41,785 bases of DNA from a virus (lineage: Duplodnaviria > Caudoviricetes): the IMG/VR virus record IMGVR_UViG_3300022670_000398, positions 1 through 41,785 of that record; one strand, 5' to 3'. Positions within the stretch are counted from its first letter, which is position 1. The number at the start of each line of letters is the position of its first letter. The translations under genes were made by a program, and so were the position numbers. The notes under the pieces are model-generated. The model was given only the letters and a program-made list of their open reading frames with translations, was not told the DNA's origin and ran no database searches. Shown here piece by piece: positions 26,018 through 35,081 of the stretch.

Positions 26018-26415
26018 ATGCAGTTAGTTTTGATATTGCTACATTATTAGCCGCCAATGGATTCGGAAATTTTGGTGATCCAAATGGAAATATAGGTGCC
26101 ATGGCATGGATTGAGGGTCTTGATGAACAAATATTAGTATTAGGTGTTGGAAGTATTAACAGACCTTTAGCCTTGCAGACTGAGCAACCGACATTTCAGA
26201 TTTTGGCGAGAGGCAAAAAGAACGACGATATGAATGTGACTTACAACAATTTGCAAGCGATCCACGAATTTTTACTACCGTTGAGCACGACAACGATTAA
26301 CGGCGATGACTATCTTAGCTTTTTCCCAACTAACGCACCAGCGGGAATAGGCCGAGATAATAAAGACAGAGCGGTATTTACTGCTAATTATTCAACTTTT
26401 AGAAACCCGCTATAG
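26014..26415 (+). CDS. Tail terminator protein
   Basis: PTFQILARG and IGRDNKDRAVFTANY motifs; directly upstream of the tube gene. Confidence 0.78.
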   Translation: MNAVSFDIATLLAANGFGNFGDPNGNIGAMAWIEGLDEQILVLGVGSINRPLALQTEQPTFQILARGKKNDDMNVTYNNLQAIHEFLLPLSTTTINGDDYLSFFPTNAPAGIGRDNKDRAVFTANYSTFRNPL

Positions 26416-26427
26416 GAGGCCAATCAG

Positions 26428-26847
26428 ATGGCACATAACAACATACAAGGCCGCACGTTATTGCTCGAAATCTTCGATGGTGGAGTTTTTAAAGAGATCG
26501 GCGGTATTAATACTAGAGAATTTACTCGTGACAACCCCGTATCTAATACTACTAGTCAATCTACTACAGGCAATGAGACAGAATCGGAATATGTCGGTTA
26601 TTCTACCGTTACTTTATCAGGAGCAGGCATGGTTGATAAGCGATCTAGTGGCACTTTGATTGCTTATAAAACGCTTGCCACGATTGCCAATAGTAGTGAT
26701 CCATCGGCTCGATTTAGACTCAGCGATGAGTTAGAAAGTCACGACGGCACATTTAATATTACCTCTTTCGGAAAAACTGCCGAAGAAGAAGATATGGTTC
26801 AATTTTCAATCAGTCTGCAAAATCAAGGCGTTGTCACTTATTCATAG
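26428..26847 (+). CDS. Tail tube (major tail) protein, TP901-1/GTA-like
   Basis: GRTLLL...IGGI, TLSGAG, GTFNITSF and FSISLQNQGVVT motifs. Confidence 0.85.
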   Translation: MAHNNIQGRTLLLEIFDGGVFKEIGGINTREFTRDNPVSNTTSQSTTGNETESEYVGYSTVTLSGAGMVDKRSSGTLIAYKTLATIANSSDPSARFRLSDELESHDGTFNITSFGKTAEEEDMVQFSISLQNQGVVTYS

Positions 26848-26856
26848 GAGTTAATC

Positions 26857-27198
26857 ATGGCTTTACTATCAGTTCAAAAAGTTACTAAATCAAGCGCGGG
26901 ATTATCTCTTGTTGCTGCAGCGGCGGCGGGTGACACCTTTCCAAATGCCGACGGCGTATTTATTCAGGCCGATAAATCGAGCGTAGGAGATACAACCCTG
27001 ACGATTGTAGCAATAACCGATCCATTAATTACAGTAGAGGCCGGTAGTTTGGTAGTCCCTGACATTGTGATCACGGTACCGGCGCAAGGTAACATATTAT
27101 TTTCTGTCCCACCTTCTCATACATCTAATGGGATTGTGAGCATGACATATAACTCTGAAACGGATTTAACTATTGCCGCCGCTCAGGTCGCGCAGTAA
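26857..27198 (+). CDS. Small virion beta protein (tail decoration-like)
   Basis: AAAAAGDTFPN...DIVITVPA; lies between tube and chaperone genes. Confidence 0.6.
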   Translation: MALLSVQKVTKSSAGLSLVAAAAAGDTFPNADGVFIQADKSSVGDTTLTIVAITDPLITVEAGSLVVPDIVITVPAQGNILFSVPPSHTSNGIVSMTYNSETDLTIAAAQVAQ

Positions 27199-27686
27199 TG
27201 GCAAATAATCGACGTCTAGGCATTGAAGAGGTTTATGTTGATAAGGATTTGTATTTATTTAAAGCGGATTTTAAGTTTTTACAGAGTCTAAAAGAAAATA
27301 ACAGTATTGATCCAATGAAAATGTATGAATCTTTCTCTGCAAGTGAGTACGATTTAGATTCAATTGTTGACATTTTAAGTTTTAGTGTTATTTCAATTAA
27401 TAAGGAACCAGTTGGCAATCCGAAAGAAGCGATTGAGGATTTAATATCACGATTTGGCTTACAGCAATGTTGGTATTTGTGTTATCAACTACTTAGCGAT
27501 GCAATGATCGGTGATGTAAAAAAGTCCGGGCTGCAATTGGACGAGAAGATCCAGCGGCTAATAGGGTCAAAAAATTCCCTATTGACGAGTTTGAAAGAAC
27601 GGCCATTTTCATGGGCATGTCAAGTGTGGCTTTTTGGAACATGTCTATGGGTCAATTTCAATCTTATAAATCCGCTTTTTACCTAA
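27198..27686 (+). CDS. Tail assembly chaperone (gpG-like)
   Basis: Synteny before the tape measure; contains slippery A-AAA-AAG. Confidence 0.8.
   Translation: MANNRRLGIEEVYVDKDLYLFKADFKFLQSLKENNSIDPMKMYESFSASEYDLDSIVDILSFSVISINKEPVGNPKEAIEDLISRFGLQQCWYLCYQLLSDAMIGDVKKSGLQLDEKIQRLIGSKNSLLTSLKERPFSWACQVWLFGTCLWVNFNLINPLFT
27518..27524 (+). promoter_or_regulatory. Programmed -1 ribosomal frameshift site
   Basis: A AAA AAG in the correct phase (GTA AAA AAG). Confidence 0.85.
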
Positions 27687-27787
27687 AAAACGGACTAGAC
27701 GAAAAAGGCCGCAAACCTGATGAAATGACACTTGAAAAGCTCGACGAACTCAAAGAGCGCATGAAGGCGAACAACAAATGGCACTAA
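27518..27787 (+). CDS. gpT-like frameshift extension of the tail chaperone (full product 27198-27787)
   Basis: The -1 frame is open: KVRAAIGREDPAANRVKKFPIDEFERTAIFMGMSSVAFWNMSMGQF...; FWxM motif typical of gpT. Confidence 0.8.
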   Translation, partial: KKVRAAIGREDPAANRVKKFPIDEFERTAIFMGMSSVAFWNMSMGQFQSYKSAFYLKNGLDEKGRKPDEMTLEKLDELKERMKANNKWH

Positions 27788-29871
27788 AACTCGGTGAATT
27801 AATAGTCGAAATTGGCGCTGATATTAAAGATTTAAAAAACGCCAGAAAAGAAGTAGATCGCACGGCTAACAGTATGGAGAAATCCTTTAAGCGTGTCGGC
27901 TCTGCAATTGCCGCCGCTTTTTCCTTCTTAGTCATCAAAAGAACTATTTTACTCGCCGACAATATGAATCTTCTTGATTCTCGTATCAGAGCATTAACTA
28001 AAAGTGCCAAAGGTTTCAGAGAAATACGAGAAGGGATCAGAGGTGTAGCCAAAGAAACCGGCGGCTCTATTGCATCAATCACACAATTAGCGCAACGTGC
28101 ATTAATTGCAAAAGAGGCGTTAGGTGCAACCAATGAACAGATCATTGAAATGGTCAACAATGTTCAGAAATTAGGTGTAATCGGCGGAGGCTCTCAAGAG
28201 AATTTAACTAGGGCAACTGTTCAACTAGGTCAGGCATTAAGTACTCCAAGAGTTCAAGCAGAAGAACTTAACAGTATTTTAGAACAAATGCCATTGCTAG
28301 CTAAGGAGATTGAAAAGAATTTAGATTTACTCCCTGGTACATTAAAACAAGCTGTCATTGCCGGTGATGTGCTAAATACAGATATATTCCAAGCGCTAAT
28401 CAAATCAACAGACGATATAAATAGAAGATTTAATGAATTACCGCTTACTATTGACCGTGCTTCTGGCATGATTGCCAATGCCTTTGCGGTAGCCGTTCAA
28501 GATCTAGACAATGGACTTGGTGTCACAGAATCGATTGCTAGTGTCATGAAGGATTTAAGTGAGGTTATCGAGTCCGATCTAGTGTCTGGAATTGATAACA
28601 TGATTGATGGATTAACGGAATTTTTGCTTTTACTAGACGGAGTGACCGGAGATACACAAGATTTAGCTGATGAGACATTCGATTTAGAACAATCTTGGAA
28701 ATTAGTTAAAAATTCGATTTCCTTTGTTCTCGATGCTATAAAGAATATAGGCCCTAACCTCCGTGACATAACCACAATAATCATTGGTGAAGTTGATCAA
28801 GCATTTATTAAATTAGGCGCCTCAATTAGTAAAGTTTGGAATTTTATCGCTACGGATTTTCAAAATACAATGACAAGTGCCATTGGTTTTGTTAAATCAG
28901 GATTTTTTAGTTTTATTGGAGGTATTCAAAGTTCATTTGCGGCTTTATTTAATTTGATTGGATTGGAAGGAGTGGCAGAAACTTTTAGAACTGCCGCTGA
29001 TTCGTCAATGCAAACAGCCTTTGAATTAACCACTGCTGTTAATGAGCAGGTTGCGCTCAGAATAGAAACACTTGAAATAGAAAATGAAGCCATTGATGAA
29101 AATACTGAAATAAAACTCGAAGCTTCTCAATTGGCCATTGAGGCCGGACTTGCTGAAACAGAAGCATTGAAAAAACAAGTTCTTGAACGAATTAAGCAAT
29201 TAAGGAAAGAGCGAAAAGCAAGACGAGACAAAGCGGCGGGTATAAATAAAGATAGTGATAAGGAGGTTGTAACAGACAAAAAAAACAAAGACAAACTAAA
29301 CTTTAATCTAGACGATGCTCAAAAAACAGCCTCCGCTTTAGAAAGTGCGGGTATACTGGATAGTAAGGCGGCTGCTGCTGTTCAAATCGGCATATCAGCA
29401 TCTAAAGCAATCTCTAAATCAGCCGAGGTAGGTTTTCCGGCGGCTATTCCGTTCATTGCCCAGGCATTGGCAACAATTGCTACTGCTAGAAACGCCTTAA
29501 AAGGTGGCGGAAGGCAGGCGGGCGGTGGTGTCTCACAAGGGGTTTTGCATCCCGTTAATGAGAATGGCCAGCCTGAATTGCTCATACAAGGCTCCAAACA
29601 ATTCCTTTTGTCAGGTCAGTCAGGCGGTAGAATCATCCCTGCTAGCGGTATGTCGAGCGGCGGTAGTGGGGGTTTAAATGTGACAGTCAACAATAACGCA
29701 CCTGATTTAGTTGAAGTTAGTGAGCCCTTTGTCACTCAAGGAGAGTTAATGATTGCCATTGACAGAGCAGCAAGCAAAGCCATTGATCAAGTGAATGGAA
29801 GTCTAGCCAGCGGTCGTGGCGAAACTTCTGACTCAGTACGCCAAGGCTTTAACTTGACGAGGAATATTTAA
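27778..29871 (+). CDS. Tape measure protein
   Basis: LGELIVEIGAD start, QLGQAL...QAEELNSILEQMP domain, C-terminal GRQAGGGV...VNENGQPEL. Confidence 0.95.
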   Translation: MALKLGELIVEIGADIKDLKNARKEVDRTANSMEKSFKRVGSAIAAAFSFLVIKRTILLADNMNLLDSRIRALTKSAKGFREIREGIRGVAKETGGSIASITQLAQRALIAKEALGATNEQIIEMVNNVQKLGVIGGGSQENLTRATVQLGQALSTPRVQAEELNSILEQMPLLAKEIEKNLDLLPGTLKQAVIAGDVLNTDIFQALIKSTDDINRRFNELPLTIDRASGMIANAFAVAVQDLDNGLGVTESIASVMKDLSEVIESDLVSGIDNMIDGLTEFLLLLDGVTGDTQDLADETFDLEQSWKLVKNSISFVLDAIKNIGPNLRDITTIIIGEVDQAFIKLGASISKVWNFIATDFQNTMTSAIGFVKSGFFSFIGGIQSSFAALFNLIGLEGVAETFRTAADSSMQTAFELTTAVNEQVALRIETLEIENEAIDENTEIKLEASQLAIEAGLAETEALKKQVLERIKQLRKERKARRDKAAGINKDSDKEVVTDKKNKDKLNFNLDDAQKTASALESAGILDSKAAAAVQIGISASKAISKSAEVGFPAAIPFIAQALATIATARNALKGGGRQAGGGVSQGVLHPVNENGQPELLIQGSKQFLLSGQSGGRIIPASGMSSGGSGGLNVTVNNNAPDLVEVSEPFVTQGELMIAIDRAASKAIDQVNGSLASGRGETSDSVRQGFNLTRNI

Positions 29872-30236
29872 TGGCCGCTGCATATCCGACTAATTTACCT
29901 ATTCCGTTAGTGACGAGTTATTCTCATCCTGATTCGCAAAAAGTCAGGCGCAATGATGTTGAAACCGGCGTTCCGAGGTTTGAGTTACTATCCGAAGATG
30001 GCCCATCAATGCCGTCTGTTAATTGGTTATTTAATACTTTACAGTTTCAGGTGTTTGAAGGGTTTTATCGTCATACTCTACAATTAGGCTCCATATCGTT
30101 TGAAATGCAATTAAAGGTAGGCTTTGGTGTCGAGGTTCACGAATGTTATTTTGTCAAGCCTTACAAGCCAAGCCTTCAAGGTAAATTGTGGAAAGTCACA
30201 GCAAATTTATTGACGGTAGAAAAACAATATGGCTAG
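29871..30236 (+). CDS. Distal tail protein (lambda gpM-like), copy 1
   Basis: Follows the tape measure; YP..LPIPL, FE.FY...L..G...F.M.L and WKVTA.L motifs. Confidence 0.8.
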   Translation: MAAAYPTNLPIPLVTSYSHPDSQKVRRNDVETGVPRFELLSEDGPSMPSVNWLFNTLQFQVFEGFYRHTLQLGSISFEMQLKVGFGVEVHECYFVKPYKPSLQGKLWKVTANLLTVEKQYG

Positions 30237-30744
30237 TTTAGATGAATATGAAAAGTTTGTTTCCAGTATGCCAGAGGCCCAGCGAGAGTTTAGGACAATA
30301 GAATTATTTCATCCGGATTTTAGTCTTTTAAGGTTTGTGCAGGATTTCAAAGATGTTAATTTGACACTCGAATCAACCGCGCCTCGAAACCCTTCAACCA
30401 GTGTCACGTTCAAAGCGATCAGTATGAACATCAACGAACCTGGGGAAAATGGGCAAATAGAGCAAGTATTATCGGTTAACATGGGCGCAGTGGGCAACGA
30501 AGTGAATGATAAGCTGCAGCAAATCACCGAAACCGGATCATTGGAGCCCATAGAATTAATTTATCGAAAATATTACAGCGGCGATCTAACTGAGCCCGTT
30601 TTAATTCTGAATCTATCGGTAGCTGATGTCTCTTTCAAAGGTTATGAGGCGGTGACATTTACCGGCGAGGATACGAATTTTGCGATTAAGCGAGCGGGAG
30701 AATTATACACTTCTGAGCGCTTCCCAACTCTTAGGTTAATATGA
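30229..30744 (+). CDS. Minor tail protein, DUF1833-like
   Basis: TIELFHPDF, YRKYYSGDLTEP and YTSERFPTL motifs. Confidence 0.82.
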   Translation: MASLDEYEKFVSSMPEAQREFRTIELFHPDFSLLRFVQDFKDVNLTLESTAPRNPSTSVTFKAISMNINEPGENGQIEQVLSVNMGAVGNEVNDKLQQITETGSLEPIELIYRKYYSGDLTEPVLILNLSVADVSFKGYEAVTFTGEDTNFAIKRAGELYTSERFPTLRLI

Positions 30745-30754
30745 TTGTGCAATT

Positions 30755-31162
30755 ATGATTGATTACAACGACTATATAGGCATTCCATGGGAATGTGGAA
30801 AGGCTTCTTTTGATGGCGCTGATTGTTGGGGGTTAGTCTCTATGGTTTATATGGGACTTTTTAATATTTCAATCGCGCATTTTGAGATCAATGATATTGA
30901 TAACCCACAAAAAACGATGCGCAAAATAGAAGAGATTAGGGATAATTCAAACAGTTGGGAAAAAACGGTTACACCGAATGAGGGCGATGTGGTGATGATG
31001 ATTAGCCGTCAAACTCTCAGACCTGAGCATGTCGGGATCTATATCGGAAAAGGTAAAATATTGCACTCTATGACACGCGAGACGGGGCAATCAGCAATAC
31101 ACCCTGTTAAACTGATGACTAAACTCTTTAAACGATTAGAATACTATCAATATGTCGGCTAG
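30755..31162 (+). CDS. NlpC/P60 tail-assembly peptidase (gpK-like)
   Basis: YIGIPW, GADCWGLV and HVGIYIG..ILHS motifs. Confidence 0.92.
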   Translation: MIDYNDYIGIPWECGKASFDGADCWGLVSMVYMGLFNISIAHFEINDIDNPQKTMRKIEEIRDNSNSWEKTVTPNEGDVVMMISRQTLRPEHVGIYIGKGKILHSMTRETGQSAIHPVKLMTKLFKRLEYYQYVG

Positions 31163-34100
31163 CATTATCATTCATAACGATCCTGAAGGGATCAATAAAC
31201 GCATCATCCATAATGTGGATAATGGAGTCAATTTTTTGACTTGGCTTATATCAGAATATGGTGAAACTGGCTTTAATGTGCCTACCAAATTGTTTTTAGG
31301 TGACGTTACAGAAGAGAACGAAATAGACCAAAAAAGCTTCATAGAAGTTAATCGGACGCTTAAAGATGGCGATATCATTAATATTATCCATCGACCTCAG
31401 GGTACTGAGATAATTATTGCGTTAGTGGTGGCAATCGTGGCGTCGGTTATTTTATCGCCAGATATATCACCGCCACCACAAGTTGAAAACCCCAACTTCC
31501 CCAGGACGAACGAATCCCCCAACAACCGATTAACCGGGCAAACTAACCTTGCCAGGCTATTGGGAAGGATACCGGACATTTATGGTCGCATGAGAGTTTA
31601 TCCTGATTTGGGCGCTAAAACTGTCTCAGAATTTATTAATCATGTGAGATTTATCACAGAGTATTTAATTATTGGTCGAGGCGAATATGATTTAGAAGAT
31701 ATCAAAAGCGGAGAAACTCTGTTAAGTGATGTCGCTGGATCAACTTTTACCATTTTTAACCTAGGTGATTTAATTCCTGAATTATTAGATTTGACTTCAT
31801 CTAATGAAGTGAACGGGCAAGAAGTTAAGGCGCCAAATGATGAAAGTTTATTTAGTACCAATGCTGAAAATGTCACATTTACCGCCTCAACATCGAAGTT
31901 TACGGGTAACGGTGATACGGGTGGAAGTGGGTTATCTGCATTTAACGGGCTAACAATTGGCACTCAGTTTGTCATTTCTGGAGCGCCAAGCAATAACGGC
32001 ACTTTCACGCTTAAATCATACGTTGAATTGATTACTGGTGGCGGAGAGCCCGATTTCGAAAGTTTTTCAAAATACACCATAGAGGTAGAGGAATCGCTAG
32101 TTGATGAGACTGTCGCATCTACTGTACTATTTAATGCAACAGAAACCGCATCGTCAGATATTATTGGCCCGTTTGTTGTTCCCGGTGAAACTCAGGAAGT
32201 TTGGTTTGATATTATCGCTAGCCGAGGGCTTGCCGATAGACGAACCGATCCAAGCGTTAACGTCTCAATATCATTCGATTTGATTTTAGATATCATTGAT
32301 AGTGGTGGTACGATTATTAACACCGAAAAATCAACCGTCACCATTACCGATAATACGTTAGATCAACGGTTTTATACCTTCAAAATCACTCCCGAGAGCC
32401 CCGGGTCGCGATATCAAGCCAGTGTCCAGAGATTAAGCGATACCATTAATGATTCCTCGTATTATGACACCACCAAATGGTCAAGCTTGTCAGGGGTGAA
32501 TCGATTAATTGATTTCGATCAGGGAAATGTCACCAGCATCGTTTTAACAACACAAGCCACTAATCAGGCTACGCAAGCGCAGGAGCGTAAATTTAACGCC
32601 ATTGTGACACGAAAATTAAGAACTTATACCACATCAGGCGGTGTGATTATTCCGGCATTAACGGCTACAACCAAGTTTGCCGACGCACTGTTAGAACATA
32701 TGACTAATAGCTTTATAGGGAATAAGTCAACATCAGACATTGACCTGGACGAGCTCTATACGATCCAAGAAGCGCTTGATGTTGATGCTATTTATGGATC
32801 GGTATTAGGCCGATTCAGTTATTCATTCAGCAGCGAAAAATCGAGCGTGAAAGATGAGTTATTGACTATTGCTAATGCTTGCAGAGTGTTTATTAAAAGA
32901 AACGGTAATCGACTCGAGTTTAGCCGCGATGAAATACAGGTAAACAGAACCACTTTATTTAACACCAGAAACAAAAAACCGAAATCTGAGCAAAAATCTA
33001 TCCGCTTACAGAAGCCAAGTGATTTTGATGGGGTTGAAATACAATGGTTATTTGAGGATACCGGCGAAGCTTTCACAGAAGAATTCAATAGTGGATCAGC
33101 CGTTAACCCTAAAAAAATAGAGGCCGCTGGAATACGCAATTTTAAACAAGCCTGGAATCGGGGGTTTATTGAATTTCTAAAACTTAAATTACAACGGGAA
33201 TCGGTTAAATTTCAATCCACAAAAGAGGGGTTGCTTTCTCAAGTCGGTGACAGGATTGCCAACGCTGACGGAACCGATGTGAAAGCTCAAAGTGGCGAAA
33301 TAAAAGCATTAGTTAGTTTAACGGTCGAAACCTTCACGTTTATTGATTTTGATGGAAATGCGAGTGCAAATGTTATATTACGGGATGAAGCAAGCAATGT
33401 GGACTCTGAGATAGTCGTTACGCCTCGTTTAGATGATGTGAATGGTTTTATCCTGGCAGGGCTTCCAAGCTTCACCATCAGGGTTAGAGGGGACTTAGAT
33501 TACCAGATTGGTACGCTTTATACGTTTGCTTTGACCGGCGAGGAAAAAATAAGAGACTATATTTTACAGAAAAGAACACCAAAATCTGACGGTTATGTCA
33601 CTTTAGAGCTATTGAATTACGATGCTGATATTTATGCGCCAGATACAACGGTTCCACCAACCCATGAGACAACGCTGCTCGAAGTTGAGTTAGATCCGGT
33701 TGCTAGTGGTAACATCGTTGAAGATATCACGGTTGCACTGAGTTCACCATCCGTCGAGACATTAGCTTGGGATTTAGAGCCAGCAGGGACTTATACATCA
33801 AGAGATTTAACCGGCACAGCAAGCACGACGTTTAGTGTCGATATTTTCGGAAATTGGAATATCTCAAGTGTTGGCGTGCAAGATGCTGATTCTGATGCGG
33901 GAGATTATCGTCCTAAAGTTGTTGGCAGCGATCCAGATAATTATGAGATTAAAGTCACATTAACCTTAAATTCTGGATCAGGTGCTACCATATTGTTAGG
34001 CGGGGCAACCCTTAATACGTTTGTTCCGTTGAATGGCGGTGAAGGGGTCAAGGTTCAACAATCATTCAGTGGTACAACTAACGTGACGTTTACATGGGAA

Positions 34101-34181
34101 ATCAGAGAAATAGCCACACCAGCCAATACGACCGGTGTAGCAACATTTACATTTGATGTCACTGGGGCCGATCCAATTTAG
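31152..34181 (+). CDS. Tail tip/host-specificity protein (TipJ-like, with gpI-like N-terminus)
   Basis: ESPNNRLTGQTNLARL..RIPDIYGRMRVYPDL; 1009 aa; C-terminal beta domain. Confidence 0.88.
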   Translation: MSASIIIHNDPEGINKRIIHNVDNGVNFLTWLISEYGETGFNVPTKLFLGDVTEENEIDQKSFIEVNRTLKDGDIINIIHRPQGTEIIIALVVAIVASVILSPDISPPPQVENPNFPRTNESPNNRLTGQTNLARLLGRIPDIYGRMRVYPDLGAKTVSEFINHVRFITEYLIIGRGEYDLEDIKSGETLLSDVAGSTFTIFNLGDLIPELLDLTSSNEVNGQEVKAPNDESLFSTNAENVTFTASTSKFTGNGDTGGSGLSAFNGLTIGTQFVISGAPSNNGTFTLKSYVELITGGGEPDFESFSKYTIEVEESLVDETVASTVLFNATETASSDIIGPFVVPGETQEVWFDIIASRGLADRRTDPSVNVSISFDLILDIIDSGGTIINTEKSTVTITDNTLDQRFYTFKITPESPGSRYQASVQRLSDTINDSSYYDTTKWSSLSGVNRLIDFDQGNVTSIVLTTQATNQATQAQERKFNAIVTRKLRTYTTSGGVIIPALTATTKFADALLEHMTNSFIGNKSTSDIDLDELYTIQEALDVDAIYGSVLGRFSYSFSSEKSSVKDELLTIANACRVFIKRNGNRLEFSRDEIQVNRTTLFNTRNKKPKSEQKSIRLQKPSDFDGVEIQWLFEDTGEAFTEEFNSGSAVNPKKIEAAGIRNFKQAWNRGFIEFLKLKLQRESVKFQSTKEGLLSQVGDRIANADGTDVKAQSGEIKALVSLTVETFTFIDFDGNASANVILRDEASNVDSEIVVTPRLDDVNGFILAGLPSFTIRVRGDLDYQIGTLYTFALTGEEKIRDYILQKRTPKSDGYVTLELLNYDADIYAPDTTVPPTHETTLLEVELDPVASGNIVEDITVALSSPSVETLAWDLEPAGTYTSRDLTGTASTTFSVDIFGNWNISSVGVQDADSDAGDYRPKVVGSDPDNYEIKVTLTLNSGSGATILLGGATLNTFVPLNGGEGVKVQQSFSGTTNVTFTWEIREIATPANTTGVATFTFDVTGADPI

Positions 34182-34189
34182 AGGTAATT

Positions 34190-34600
34190 ATGGCTAATCA
34201 ATGGTATGACAAGACAAAAACAACGATAGGCAAAGCAGGCTTGGACCTAAATACGTTATCCGATCCTAAAATGATAGCCATCGAAACCGGACTTTACACT
34301 TTTAGCCAGGCTCATGATTTTTTAGATGATATTCCGGTTGGCGCGAGATTGGCCACAGTTGATTTAGCTAATGTTACTTTTGGTGTGTCTCTGGAATCCT
34401 ATTTAGATGCAGACGATCCGACCTATTTAACGCCGGCGGTCGGAACGGTAGTGGCTTTTGTGATTTTTGAGGATACCGGCGTAGAGACAACGAGCCCTTT
34501 AATTGTCTTTATTGATTCAGGTATCACGTTGCCAATCACAACCGAATCAGGCCGAGATTTAGAAATCACCTTTAATGCGAACGGAATTGCTAAATTATGA
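34190..34600 (+). CDS. Minor tail/fibre-associated protein
   Basis: MANQWY...AHDFLDDIPVGAR...DADD...IFEDTGVETTSPLI.FID..LP pattern of a small virion protein family. Confidence 0.7.
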   Translation: MANQWYDKTKTTIGKAGLDLNTLSDPKMIAIETGLYTFSQAHDFLDDIPVGARLATVDLANVTFGVSLESYLDADDPTYLTPAVGTVVAFVIFEDTGVETTSPLIVFIDSGITLPITTESGRDLEITFNANGIAKL

Positions 34601-35079
34601 GTGTTGCTTATCCCGCTATTCCTATTCCATTGGTAACCGGATATAGTCATCCGGACTCACAAAAGACCCGATTTAATAATTTTAATACTGGGCCGCCTGA
34701 CTTTGTGCTGTTATCAGAACACGGCCCATCATTCCCAAAGGTTAATTGGCTGTTCAAAGATGCTGATTTTGCAACCTTCGAAGCGTTTTACAAAGATTCG
34801 TTAGTGTTTGGCGCCATCTCATTTGATATGAATCTATCGGTGGGTGCTGGCTTAAAATTACATGAATGTTATTTTAGCAGGCCATACAAACCTTCTTTGC
34901 AAGGGAAGTTGTGGAAGGTCACCGCCGATTTAGTCACCGTTGAAAAACAATACGACACGCTGGCAGACTTTACTAGCGCTGAAGAAGAACTAGCCCAACA
35001 ACTTAGTATGGTAGAATGTGGTAAGTCTTCATCGGCTTGTGGCGACTCCTTTGCTGAATGCGGAAATTTTGAGGAATAA
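34597..35079 (+). CDS. Distal tail protein paralog with Cys-Gly C-terminal extension
   Basis: About 65% identical (hand count 79/121) to 29871-30236; extra tail ending VECGKSSSACGDSFAECGNFEE. Confidence 0.85.
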   Translation: MSVAYPAIPIPLVTGYSHPDSQKTRFNNFNTGPPDFVLLSEHGPSFPKVNWLFKDADFATFEAFYKDSLVFGAISFDMNLSVGAGLKLHECYFSRPYKPSLQGKLWKVTADLVTVEKQYDTLADFTSAEEELAQQLSMVECGKSSSACGDSFAECGNFEE

Positions 35080-35081
35080 TT

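Noticed and set aside
29871-35079. Dit gene pair as a DGR TR/VR pair or invertible segment
   Set aside because: Differences are not adenine-specific, both copies are intact and co-directional, and no reverse transcriptase or invertase is present.
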